From contig CAVPHZ010000002.1 of NCBI GenBank assembly GCA_963704905.1, positions 292,537 to 356,536 of the forward strand: DNA of 64,000 nt. Direction: 5' to 3'. Origin of the DNA: Candidatus Chisholmbacteria bacterium (GTDB lineage: Bacteria; Patescibacteriota; Microgenomatia; UBA1400; Chisholmbacteraceae). The position numbers were made by a program, and so were the translations under genes. How positions within the stretch are numbered: position 1 is the first letter of the stretch; every line of letters begins with the position of its first letter. Below the pieces are notes generated by a model. That model ran no database searches. It was not told where the DNA came from and saw only the letters and a program-made list of their open reading frames with translations. Below, in pieces: positions 50,665 through 59,498 of this stretch.

Positions 50665-50706
50665 TTAATTAAATTGAATAACTATATTGATTCGGGTATT
50701 TGTCAT
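50665..50706 (-). CDS. Putative 13-aa uORF MTNTRINIVIQFN in the xpt leader
   Basis: ATG preceded by GGAAG. The stop lies 5 nt before the terminator stem. Confidence 0.35.
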   Translation of the reverse strand: MTNTRINIVIQFN

Positions 50707-50805
50707 CTTCCAGATTTAGGTAGTAAAGAGAATAAAAAAAGGGCTTGTCCTCTGTGGCTTAAAAAGCAAAAGAGGGCTTTTTTTAAAGCCCTAACTATAA
50801 AGGAA

Positions 50806-50834
50806 AATATACGAAGTAAATGAATAGGTGTCAA
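50806..50834 (-). promoter_or_regulatory. Sigma70 promoter of xpt-add-guaB-guaA
   Basis: TTGACA(50834-50829)-17 nt-TATATT(50811-50806). Confidence 0.7.
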
Positions 50835-50859
50835 CCCTCAATTAGCATTACGGGCACGT

Positions 50860-51024
50860 TTATTGCTGCTCGGAGGAAGGTTCAGGTAACTCTGGAACAA
50901 TCTCCCAAGGCTCAACATCCCCCTCATGCTCCCAATGTTCATCGGGATTATATGGAACTGGTTCTCCTTCAGGCTGATCTCTAGGAGGATCGCCTCGATT
51001 AATATTAACCTCAATTGTAGTCAT
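50860..51024 (-). CDS. Small acidic Pro-rich protein (54 aa), below the ORF-track cutoff
   Basis: AAGGA SD, then MTTIEVNINRGDPPRDQPEGEPVPYNPDEHWEHEGDVEPWEIVPELPEPSSEQQ. Confidence 0.5.
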   Translation of the reverse strand: MTTIEVNINRGDPPRDQPEGEPVPYNPDEHWEHEGDVEPWEIVPELPEPSSEQQ

Positions 51025-51122
51025 TACTATATCCTTTCTATAATCATGAGTATGTTAATCTTGAATTGAGTTAACTGTGTATTGTAATACAAGTTCATTT
51101 ATTATCAAGTAATTAAATTAAA

Positions 51123-51899
51123 ATGGAAAAACTGAAAAACATGACGCTCTTAGTAAACAAGGTTCTAATAAACAACCCGCCCAAAACCGCTCTCATCCTC
51201 GGCAGCGGTTGGAATAAAGTAATCGATAAGGTCGACATCAAAAAGCGATGGTCATATCAAGAGCTATTCGGTGTCAAATCCTCAGTCCCGGGACACACTG
51301 GCAACCTGATCTATGGAATCTTATCAGAAAAACCCATCTTGATCATGAATGGCCGTTTCCACATCTATGAAGGCCACTCTCCCAAAAAAGCTACAGAACC
51401 GATTCGGTTTCTCTCCAATCTCGGCATAAAGACCCTCATTGCCACTGCTGCCTGCGGCGCCTTGAACCCCAAATTCAAAGTTGGCGACTTCGTTATTCTC
51501 AAAGACATGATCACCATGTTTCTCCATAGCCCATTGGAGGGACCGGAGTTTCAGGATCTTTCCCAAGCTTTCGATCCCAAACTTGTAGTATTAGCACAAA
51601 AATTTGCTATAAAACTAAATCTCCCCTATCAACAAGGAATCTACGCCTATGTCCGCGGTCCGCATTTCGAAACTCCGGCAGACAAACGTCTGCTTTGGAA
51701 ATTAGGTGCCGATGTTGTCGGCATGAGTACCGTTCCTGAAACCATTCAGGCTAATGCACTAGGAATGAAGGTGCTTGGTCTAGCCTTCGTCACTAACCTC
51801 GCTTTTGTCAAACACGACCACAAAGATGTCCTCACCCAAGCGAAAAAGGCATCTCGAAAAATGTCTGCGCTCATCGAATCAATTCTAAAAAAACTCTGA
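51123..51899 (+). CDS. punA: Purine nucleoside phosphorylase (trimeric PunA type)
   Basis: ILGSG, VPGH.G, GRFH.YEG, GP.FETPA, GADVVGMSTVPE, TN.A. Confidence 0.93.
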   Translation: MEKLKNMTLLVNKVLINNPPKTALILGSGWNKVIDKVDIKKRWSYQELFGVKSSVPGHTGNLIYGILSEKPILIMNGRFHIYEGHSPKKATEPIRFLSNLGIKTLIATAACGALNPKFKVGDFVILKDMITMFLHSPLEGPEFQDLSQAFDPKLVVLAQKFAIKLNLPYQQGIYAYVRGPHFETPADKRLLWKLGADVVGMSTVPETIQANALGMKVLGLAFVTNLAFVKHDHKDVLTQAKKASRKMSALIESILKKL

Positions 51900-51968
51900 A
51901 ATAGTTCATATCTCTATGAGTCAGCTTTCTTGACAACCTTTAGGCTCTACAATAAAGTGAAAGGATAA

Positions 51969-53426
51969 ATGAAAGAAATCCCACTTACCCTTGGCTTCGC
52001 AGACATCCTCTTGAAACCACAATTCTCAGACATTCGCTCACGGTATAGTGATGAGATTAGCCTTGACACTCACTTCGCCCGGGGAATGCCGGAACTTCGT
52101 CTACCTATAGTCTCCGCAAACATGGACACAGTTACCGAAGGTTCGATGGCCGAGGCCATGGCGCTAAGTGGCGGCTTAGGCATCATCCATCGCAACTTTT
52201 CCATCCAACAACAAACCCACGAAGTTCGAATAGTCAAAGAAAGAACCCGCATCATTGAAGAACACCCTCCAACCTTAAATGAGCTAGCTACTATTCAAGA
52301 CGCTCTAGGCCTGTTACAGAGTAGTAACCGTGGGTATGTCATCGTCCACACAGGAGAAAGTTTTAACGGGTCATTTTCTGGAATCGCAACCACCAGAGAT
52401 TTCCTCGCAAAGCCAGTTGACATGCCCATCTCTGCAGTAATGACGCCGAATCAACAAGAAAGGCTGATAACCGTCCCGCAAGGAACTACGCTTGAACAAG
52501 CCGCCCTATTAATGAGACAAATGCGGGTCGAGAAAGTTCCTGTGATAAATGAAGCAGGACTCCTTATAGGCGTCTATTCACTTAAGGACTACGACTTACA
52601 GCAATTACTTCCCAGCGCAGCTATCGATAACCAAGGACGGTTAATGGTCGGAGCGGCTATTGGGGTGAGTAACCAGGAAATGGAGGTCGAACGGGCTCAT
52701 GCACTCATTGATGCTGGTGTGGATGCACTGGTCTTGGATATTGCCCACGGTCATCATCAATACATCCGCGAAATGCTTTACAGATTAAAAGTAATAGAAA
52801 AAATCAGCACACCAATTATTGCCGGGAATGTAGCCACTGCAGAAGGAACGGAATTTCTTGTTGATGAAGGTGCAGATGGAGTCAAAATTGGCATCGGTCC
52901 CGGACTAACCTGCGAAACCCGGGATATCGCTGGCACAGGTGTGGGACAGGTAAGTGCTATCCTCGACGCCGTTGAAGCGATGCAGAAAAAACAAGAGCAA
53001 GTACCAATCATTGCCGATGGTGGAATACGCAAACCGCACGACATCGACGTTGCCTTAGGTGCTGGAGCTGACACAGTCATGATCGGATCACTCTTTGCCG
53101 GAACTGAGGAAAGCCCAGGAGAAACTGTAGTGATCGATGGACATCGGTTTAAGGAAGTCAGAGGAATGGCCTCAAAACGCGCCCAACAGACCCGCAGTGA
53201 ACTCGGTGCAACCACAACAGACTCGAAGCGCTATGTACCAGAAGGGAGGGTCACCCGAGTCCCTCACCGAGGAGATGTCACGGAGATATTAGAAGAATAT
53301 GCTGGTGGACTCCGATCCGCTATGAGCTATTCAGGTTCTCATACAATCAGAGAATTCCACCAAAAAGCTGAGCTAAGACGCGTCACCCCCGCAGCAGCCA
53401 ATGAACAGAAACGTCCATTGGGATAA
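51969..53426 (+). CDS. IMPDH/GMP reductase family protein with CBS pair, probably GMP reductase (GuaB1-like)
   Basis: ANMDTVTE, CBS pair, DIAHGH, GPGLTCETR, RGMASKRA. Confidence 0.8.
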   Translation: MKEIPLTLGFADILLKPQFSDIRSRYSDEISLDTHFARGMPELRLPIVSANMDTVTEGSMAEAMALSGGLGIIHRNFSIQQQTHEVRIVKERTRIIEEHPPTLNELATIQDALGLLQSSNRGYVIVHTGESFNGSFSGIATTRDFLAKPVDMPISAVMTPNQQERLITVPQGTTLEQAALLMRQMRVEKVPVINEAGLLIGVYSLKDYDLQQLLPSAAIDNQGRLMVGAAIGVSNQEMEVERAHALIDAGVDALVLDIAHGHHQYIREMLYRLKVIEKISTPIIAGNVATAEGTEFLVDEGADGVKIGIGPGLTCETRDIAGTGVGQVSAILDAVEAMQKKQEQVPIIADGGIRKPHDIDVALGAGADTVMIGSLFAGTEESPGETVVIDGHRFKEVRGMASKRAQQTRSELGATTTDSKRYVPEGRVTRVPHRGDVTEILEEYAGGLRSAMSYSGSHTIREFHQKAELRRVTPAAANEQKRPLG

Positions 53427-53464
53427 AAGTTACTTCTCTTCTGAGCAATAGTATGTATTTTTCA

Positions 53465-55048
53465 TTATCGATACGGAGCCCGTCGTGCTTCTTCAGGGGA
53501 TGAGATCGAATCATAACATTTATAAGGCAAGAATTGCTTAATCTGGTCACCTTTTTCTACCGTAAGAAAGGCTGCATTGCAGAGAATCTCATGAAGCGCA
53601 CGAAACATCTCTCCGACATACTCTCGATCTTCTTTTGAGTACCCGCGCAGTTTTCCCCGAAGTGCCTGTCGCAACTGCTCATACTCCTGGGCAATTTTTT
53701 GGAAAGGAGGATACAACTGCTCATACACAGGAAAACTCCTTGCCTGGAGTGCATCTTTTGCAATCCGCTCCTTATCCAGATATGAGCCCGCATTGATCAC
53801 TTTTTTTACATCTCCTTTTCTTACCTTAGCCCGGCGCATGGCCTTAAACAAAATATCTTCGTTTCTTTTTTGAAATATTTGTTCAACTCCGTCAAGATTT
53901 CCCTCCATAAGTCCGTTAAAAATGGCAGCCGCTTGTCGGGCTGCAACAATTCCATTCTTAGAAAATCGTTTATTCATCCATTCACTTCCGGCAGACGGCA
54001 ATTGTCGCCCTAGCTCATATATTTTTCGTTCGACATCACTGGAAAATTCATACTTAGGGTCGTCGATTGACAGGATGCGAAGCACTTCAGCGAGTGGTGT
54101 GCGTTCACCTGCCTGATGTTCATAAATCGGACGATCTTTCGCAGGCCCTGCAAGAAACGTCCGCACTGTAGCTAAATCACCGGGAAAAATACTTTCTGCC
54201 TTATCTGCAAAACCGAAAAGGACAGAATATCGTTTAAGAGCCATCAGTGATTCGCTGGTAAATCCTTGAGTAAGCGGACGAGAATTTTCTCGAAAATCAT
54301 CTACGGTAAGAAGGTATTCATCCCGCATATGCTCTGGTAAAAACTGTGCATCCGCTATCGCTGAGGCATATAACTCTGCTGGAGAGACAGTTGTAACACC
54401 CATCCCCAACCCCTCTAATTGCTCCGGGTTCGAATGATGATGAACAATAATTGCTGCACCGCGCAGATACAGCTCAGCCTCCTCTTTGGGTATATTGAAG
54501 GCCTTGGCAAGTTTATCCGTCTGACTCAGTAACCATAGCTCAGCCAGTTCACTATGAGAGTCCTTTTTTCCACTGATGAGCTGAATACTGTCATGGAATC
54601 GGTTCGCCAAATACAGTGAAGGAAGCCAAAAGCGGTTGATCCATTCACCATGGCGGATATTCGGTGTGTTGAGAAGTGCAGCTTCTATCCATTCCTCATT
54701 TCTGCGGATATGAGGATAACCATGATCGCCCTTCTCTGCATCCTCCATATCCTTTTTGAGCTGTTGCCCAATTGAACTGTTTGGATCATGTGTTACTTGA
54801 TGGTAAAACTCATTGACCGCCATGTCTGCCCGCTTCATGTTCTCAGCAAAACGCAGGCCTTCTTCTACATGTTGCGGAAGGCGCTCTATGCCCGCGTGCA
54901 TAATGCCAATAACAGAATCCTTAGCGGTACGGCGATCCCGATTCCAATAATTACCATATGCCAGTAAACCTTGAACAACCACCGTTGGTATTTCGAGTTG
55001 ATTGACTTCCTTATACTGTTCTATCTGTGAATCCGGTTTTTCTACCAT
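53465..55048 (-). CDS. HD-domain putative dimetal phosphohydrolase with helical extensions
   Basis: DHGYPH...RFHDS...SHSE...VHHHS...FADKAE (H-HD-H-HH-D). Confidence 0.7.
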   Translation of the reverse strand: MVEKPDSQIEQYKEVNQLEIPTVVVQGLLAYGNYWNRDRRTAKDSVIGIMHAGIERLPQHVEEGLRFAENMKRADMAVNEFYHQVTHDPNSSIGQQLKKDMEDAEKGDHGYPHIRRNEEWIEAALLNTPNIRHGEWINRFWLPSLYLANRFHDSIQLISGKKDSHSELAELWLLSQTDKLAKAFNIPKEEAELYLRGAAIIVHHHSNPEQLEGLGMGVTTVSPAELYASAIADAQFLPEHMRDEYLLTVDDFRENSRPLTQGFTSESLMALKRYSVLFGFADKAESIFPGDLATVRTFLAGPAKDRPIYEHQAGERTPLAEVLRILSIDDPKYEFSSDVERKIYELGRQLPSAGSEWMNKRFSKNGIVAARQAAAIFNGLMEGNLDGVEQIFQKRNEDILFKAMRRAKVRKGDVKKVINAGSYLDKERIAKDALQARSFPVYEQLYPPFQKIAQEYEQLRQALRGKLRGYSKEDREYVGEMFRALHEILCNAAFLTVEKGDQIKQFLPYKCYDSISSPEEARRAPYR

Positions 55049-55077
55049 AGAAAAAGCAATTAGAAAAGAAAGGGTTT

Positions 55078-55103
55078 AAAAAAAGTCTTCGCGTGCGAAG
55101 ACT
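55078..55103 (-). terminator. Promoter-proximal intrinsic terminator upstream of the HD gene
   Basis: AGTCTTCG-CACG-CGAAGACT-TTTTTT. Confidence 0.75.
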
Positions 55104-55125
55104 ATAAGACCTATAATATTAATAT

Positions 55126-55154
55126 AGTATACACATTAATTACTTATCTGTCAA
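55126..55154 (-). promoter_or_regulatory. Sigma70 promoter upstream of the HD gene
   Basis: TTGACA(55154-55149)-17 nt-TATACT(55131-55126). Confidence 0.75.
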
Positions 55155-55203
55155 CAAATGGCAGGGGCATCCTGCAATAAAATATGAGTTGTGATGCTCA
55201 TGA

Positions 55204-57711
55204 TTAATCCTCCTTCTTCTCTTCAGATATCCTCGCTGCAAATTCTCGCAATAATTGGAATAAGAATGCTATAGAATACCGTTCTTTCCTAACCCTGGCT
55301 GAGTCAGTTGCATATAGCTGAAGAAACTTTTCAGGTGGTCGTCCGGTAAACCAAAGAATATCTGCATGCTCGAGATAGATATGAGGAGGGTTAAACAAGT
55401 TATATAAAACCGGCTGGTCTGGGTGGCCTGGCTCCGGCTCGGTAATCCTTCGATACGCATATCCTCCCAGCGCATCATCCTGAATCTTTTCATGATGTCC
55501 CCAGAGGATGTCTTCATATGGAGTTCCCTCAAAACTGTCAAATGGATAAAAGATCAGTTCCTCTGAATACTCTTTTCCCTTCTCGTCATGAAGTACAACA
55601 TAATATTTTTTGCGGATAATGAAATCAGACATGCTTCCGGGACGCTTTCCTTTCATCGACTGTTCCTCAAATTCTTTTCTGAGCTGTTCAGGTGATTTCT
55701 CAAGCTGAGAAAATTTATCTTTTTCTTCGATAAAATCAACTGTCCACCCAGGTTTCTGTTCGCCGAATTCCTGTAAAAATGCTTCTTTCACTCGATCAGC
55801 TATCGTATTCACTCGTGCAATCATTCGTCTCGAATAGTCTTGAAAATCATCATTCGTCATCTGCTCATATCTCCCAGATTCACCAGCGTTATCTTGAACA
55901 AGAACGATGTTCCTTGAAAAGACATCATGTATTTCATCAAGCGGTTCATAGAATGACTTTCGTAAAAAAGAGAAAAACGGTTTGACAATTTTTGCATCGA
56001 CAAAAACATGTTGCCTCTTTCCCTCAACATCAAACAACAGCTCGCGATGGGTAACGGTATACTGAAGCCCGCCCCGGTTCACGCGTTCATCATGTTGGGC
56101 TGAGGAAAAGATATTTCCGCTCAATATTGCCTCATGATGGTTATTTCCGTTATCTAAAAGTTCCCGATATCTTCGATAAGCGGGTATCCCATGGCCAAGA
56201 AATGCCAGCTTCCGCAGTGCCTCATACCTCCGCTGATCCTCAAAACGCTGCGATTCTTTGCCAGTAGAGGTCTGTGGAATAAATGGATATAACCCATTCG
56301 CAGTCAGAAAAATCCGTCCCATACCGGCATTCACAACTTCATTCATCAATTTTGTCGGCTGGAACAGTTCTTTAAAGTCTGGATTGAGGCTGAGGCTCTC
56401 ATCGTACAAATTGTTGAAATATTCATCGATTTCTCTTTGAACTTCCAGGATAAATTCTGGAGAAACATGTCGGCGTCTCGCATATGCCTCAAGCATCAGA
56501 GCGTCAAGCTTTTCGATGTATGTCGATCGTTCGCTCGGACTCATTGCAATGAATTTCTCACGGAGTGCTTCTATGCTCAGCTGATCTTTTAGAATTTTAA
56601 CTTGCTCCTTACGTAATTTATCATCCTCAGGAGGGATCTGCTCTTTCTCAAAGGCAAGGTACGCCTGTCGGAAGGACTGGACAAAATGTCGCATATTTTC
56701 TTGAATATTTTGTGTAGGAGCTTCATACAAAAAAGATGACAAGTCTTCAGATCGAACATCACGTCCTGAAAGGAACCAGACAAACTTTAGGAGATCGAGT
56801 CCTGGTGGAGGTTTCTCGCTCTCAACTTCACGCTTCTGCTCATCATGCAAAATCCATCGAGCTTGAACTCTTCCATAAGCTCGAATAATCTCCTCGGTAG
56901 GACAGTTATCAATATTCTGCACAGGTTCTAAACGCTGGCGGATTCGCTCCTGATTGAGATCTTCAATCACCTCACTGTGGATTAGCATTTCAAAAGAGTA
57001 AACCCGTGCGGAAACTGCATCCATTACTTCATGCTGGTTCACTCGCTGATCAGAAGTAAGAAAAACATCTGGAGCTGTTACTTTCGTAAAGTGACCGGCC
57101 ATAGTTGAACTCGAGATTGAGAAAAAATCCGGCAGTTTCCCGCTGTCCTCCAGAGATCGTTCAACTTTACCCCGATTAATCAATTCAGAAAATTCAGCAG
57201 GAGTGTATGAATTGAACGACTCAATCTTGGAAACATCAGGATTTCGTGGTTTAAGAAGTGTATACTCTGGAGGAATAACCACAAAAGGAACAGTGTGAAC
57301 GGTGCGGGGTTCAGCAGGAACACGTTTCGCTTTCTTCTTCCCGATAATGTAATAGGTAAACGTAGCCTCAATTGATCGGAAGATCTCTTCATTCTCCCAC
57401 CACTCTCCCATGGAAAACAGGAGCGACTCATCCCGAAGCTTTCGCCGTGCACCTTGAAGAGCGGACTCACCTTCCAACATTTTTCCGCCGAGTGGCATTG
57501 ACAGACCATGACTGGTCTCACTCTCCTGGCTTTTTTTCGTCAGAATGATCCGTGTAAACTCCACATCATCCTTATGAGCAGCTGAGTCAAGATCATCCTT
57601 GATTTGATCAAGGGAACGGAACGTAAACGGCAGAACCCGGACAATATTTAGCGGTTCTGAAGCTAAACGTTCTGGATTCCCTCTTGCCGTTTCGGTTTCT
57701 CCTCTTGCCAT
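55204..57711 (-). CDS. Large protein with degenerate N-terminal Nudix domain and C-terminal RelA/SpoT-synthetase-like nucleotidyltransferase domain
   Basis: GGKMLEGESALQGARRKLRDE (Nudix box variant). KPFFSFLRKSF..DEIHDVFSRNIVL and GKEYSEELIF resemble RSH K..xS..RK..D..xR and E.Q. Confidence 0.55.
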   Translation of the reverse strand: MARGETETARGNPERLASEPLNIVRVLPFTFRSLDQIKDDLDSAAHKDDVEFTRIILTKKSQESETSHGLSMPLGGKMLEGESALQGARRKLRDESLLFSMGEWWENEEIFRSIEATFTYYIIGKKKAKRVPAEPRTVHTVPFVVIPPEYTLLKPRNPDVSKIESFNSYTPAEFSELINRGKVERSLEDSGKLPDFFSISSSTMAGHFTKVTAPDVFLTSDQRVNQHEVMDAVSARVYSFEMLIHSEVIEDLNQERIRQRLEPVQNIDNCPTEEIIRAYGRVQARWILHDEQKREVESEKPPPGLDLLKFVWFLSGRDVRSEDLSSFLYEAPTQNIQENMRHFVQSFRQAYLAFEKEQIPPEDDKLRKEQVKILKDQLSIEALREKFIAMSPSERSTYIEKLDALMLEAYARRRHVSPEFILEVQREIDEYFNNLYDESLSLNPDFKELFQPTKLMNEVVNAGMGRIFLTANGLYPFIPQTSTGKESQRFEDQRRYEALRKLAFLGHGIPAYRRYRELLDNGNNHHEAILSGNIFSSAQHDERVNRGGLQYTVTHRELLFDVEGKRQHVFVDAKIVKPFFSFLRKSFYEPLDEIHDVFSRNIVLVQDNAGESGRYEQMTNDDFQDYSRRMIARVNTIADRVKEAFLQEFGEQKPGWTVDFIEEKDKFSQLEKSPEQLRKEFEEQSMKGKRPGSMSDFIIRKKYYVVLHDEKGKEYSEELIFYPFDSFEGTPYEDILWGHHEKIQDDALGGYAYRRITEPEPGHPDQPVLYNLFNPPHIYLEHADILWFTGRPPEKFLQLYATDSARVRKERYSIAFLFQLLREFAARISEEKKED

Positions 57712-57726
57712 ATGTTTTTTTTAAAT

Positions 57727-57757
57727 AAAAAAGAAAACGGCGTAGTATGCCGTCTTC
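57727..57757 (-). terminator. Promoter-proximal intrinsic terminator upstream of the 835-aa gene
   Basis: GAAGACGGC-ATACTAC-GCCGTTTTC-TTTTTT. Confidence 0.7.
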
Positions 57758-57776
57758 ACAAGTATTATAGGTCGAA

Positions 57777-57805
57777 AGTATAATGCTTTCTAATCTTGAA
57801 GTCAA
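57777..57805 (-). promoter_or_regulatory. Sigma70 promoter upstream of the 835-aa gene
   Basis: TTGACT(57805-57800)-17 nt-TATACT(57782-57777). Confidence 0.7.
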
Positions 57806-57845
57806 ATGCTAAGTCCTTCTCACACTCCCCAAAATAGTATTAGTC

Positions 57846-58481
57846 TCATTTAAAAATCTTTCGTTTCGTGATAACCTCCCAAATTTCCTCTTCAATATCT
57901 TCAACGTATTGCCGTGCATCAATTATCACCCAGCGCTTCCGATCGTCATTCTTTACCAAATTGAGGTACGCTGCCCGCACCTTCTCATGAAACTCCTTTG
58001 TCTCCATATCCAAACGATCCATTTTCTCACTTTTGTTTCTTCGCGAGAGACCCGCTTCAACAGGAATATCAAGAAGAATGGTCAAATCTGGGTAGGTAGA
58101 CTCTGTAGAGAAGTCGTTCAACTGCTCGATAAGCTTTCTCCCAAATCCCCGGACAATACCTTGGTAAACCACAGAACTGTCCCTGGTTCGATCCGCTAAT
58201 ACATACTTCCCCAATTTTAGGGACGGATTGATAATTTCCCGGTAAATCTGCGATCGAGCTGCCTGGAAAAGAAGAACTTCGGTTGTATATGCCATCCCGG
58301 TATTCTTTGGTGAAAGTACAATTTGGCGGATTTTCTCGGATATCACTGACCCTCCAGGTTCACGAACCACAACCACATTCTTTCCCCGAGCAGACAACCG
58401 GTCGCGTAGGCGCTTGACCTGAACGGACTTTCCAGCTCCCTCTCCCCCTTCAAAACTGATGAGTTTTCCACGCCTAGGCAT
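57846..58481 (-). CDS. tmk: Thymidylate kinase
   Basis: FEGGEGAGKS.Q, REPGG, LLF.AAR, DR..DSS..YQG, PDLT..LD. Confidence 0.96.
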   Translation of the reverse strand: MPRRGKLISFEGGEGAGKSVQVKRLRDRLSARGKNVVVVREPGGSVISEKIRQIVLSPKNTGMAYTTEVLLFQAARSQIYREIINPSLKLGKYVLADRTRDSSVVYQGIVRGFGRKLIEQLNDFSTESTYPDLTILLDIPVEAGLSRRNKSEKMDRLDMETKEFHEKVRAAYLNLVKNDDRKRWVIIDARQYVEDIEEEIWEVITKRKIFK

Positions 58482-58585
58482 AAAGTTATATTACATGAAC
58501 AATTTCCCTCCTAAATCATACACGCTTGGCAGACTGATATCAGCAGCAGTCAGTTATTCTAGCGCCCCCGCATCCACAATGTACA

Positions 58586-59455
58586 TTAATCAACATGATG
58601 GTCAAATGTTTCAGCTTGCTTGGGAGAAAACAAAGCGAAGTGCTCCGCACATGACGAACGGTAATAATCGCCTGCCAGCACACCTTTTCCGGCACCGACG
58701 AGGACCACAGGGTCATCGCTACTCGCCGGTCTCTCCCGGCCATCCTCCAAAATAACTGTCCTGCTTGTCATCCACGCAGGATATGAACAATCCATGCATT
58801 GAGCTGCCAAAACAATGCCGCTATCCGCTTCGGAGAGAATCGTTCCGGTATTTTCCCAAGGAGTTCCAAGAAATGACAGATCAAGACCTAAGAGAAGTGC
58901 TTTCATCTGACGCTTTTTAAGCCATACGGACCATTCCCTCAGCTCACCTCGATTCAAATTGCTAAACTGGATCTCATCAGCGATAACCACGCCATTTGCT
59001 GTCGCTGCTACAGCCGTTGATAGCTCTGAAAAAGAATCATAGATCTTAGTCTGAACGTCAGTACGATACCAGCCGCCGCCTTTTTCTTTAATTGCAAGTT
59101 CTTCGATATTTGTGCGGACAAAACCTAATTGATGTTGAAATACCTGCGCCCGTTGGCCTAATATGCCTGCAACTATAGCTGCGGTCGCGCTCTTCCCTCC
59201 CCACATAGGCGCAAAAACAAAAAACACAGTCCCCTCTCTATCAAACATATCACGGGAAAGAAACTCAGCTGCTTGGACTTGGTTTACATTGTAGTTCGTA
59301 ATATCCGGGTGAGGAACAGCATTCGGAAAAAAATGGACCTTACGTTGAGCATACAAACGTTCGTAAGTACTCTCGAGAGGCTCCACATGTGGCAATTCCC
59401 AGTTTTCTACACGGAGAAAGTTCTGCCGCACAAGTTCTTTGTATTGAATTGACAT
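58586..59455 (-). CDS. tdk: Thymidine kinase (type II) homolog 2, N-terminally extended
   Basis: APMWGGKS, IADEIQF, GLD.SF.G.P, L.A.CMDC...VLVGA....Y.S.CAEHF. Confidence 0.78.
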   Translation of the reverse strand: MSIQYKELVRQNFLRVENWELPHVEPLESTYERLYAQRKVHFFPNAVPHPDITNYNVNQVQAAEFLSRDMFDREGTVFFVFAPMWGGKSATAAIVAGILGQRAQVFQHQLGFVRTNIEELAIKEKGGGWYRTDVQTKIYDSFSELSTAVAATANGVVIADEIQFSNLNRGELREWSVWLKKRQMKALLLGLDLSFLGTPWENTGTILSEADSGIVLAAQCMDCSYPAWMTSRTVILEDGRERPASSDDPVVLVGAGKGVLAGDYYRSSCAEHFALFSPKQAETFDHHVD

Positions 59456-59498
59456 CTCAGAAATCCTATTTGTTCGACAGACTATGAATTAACAAGGA

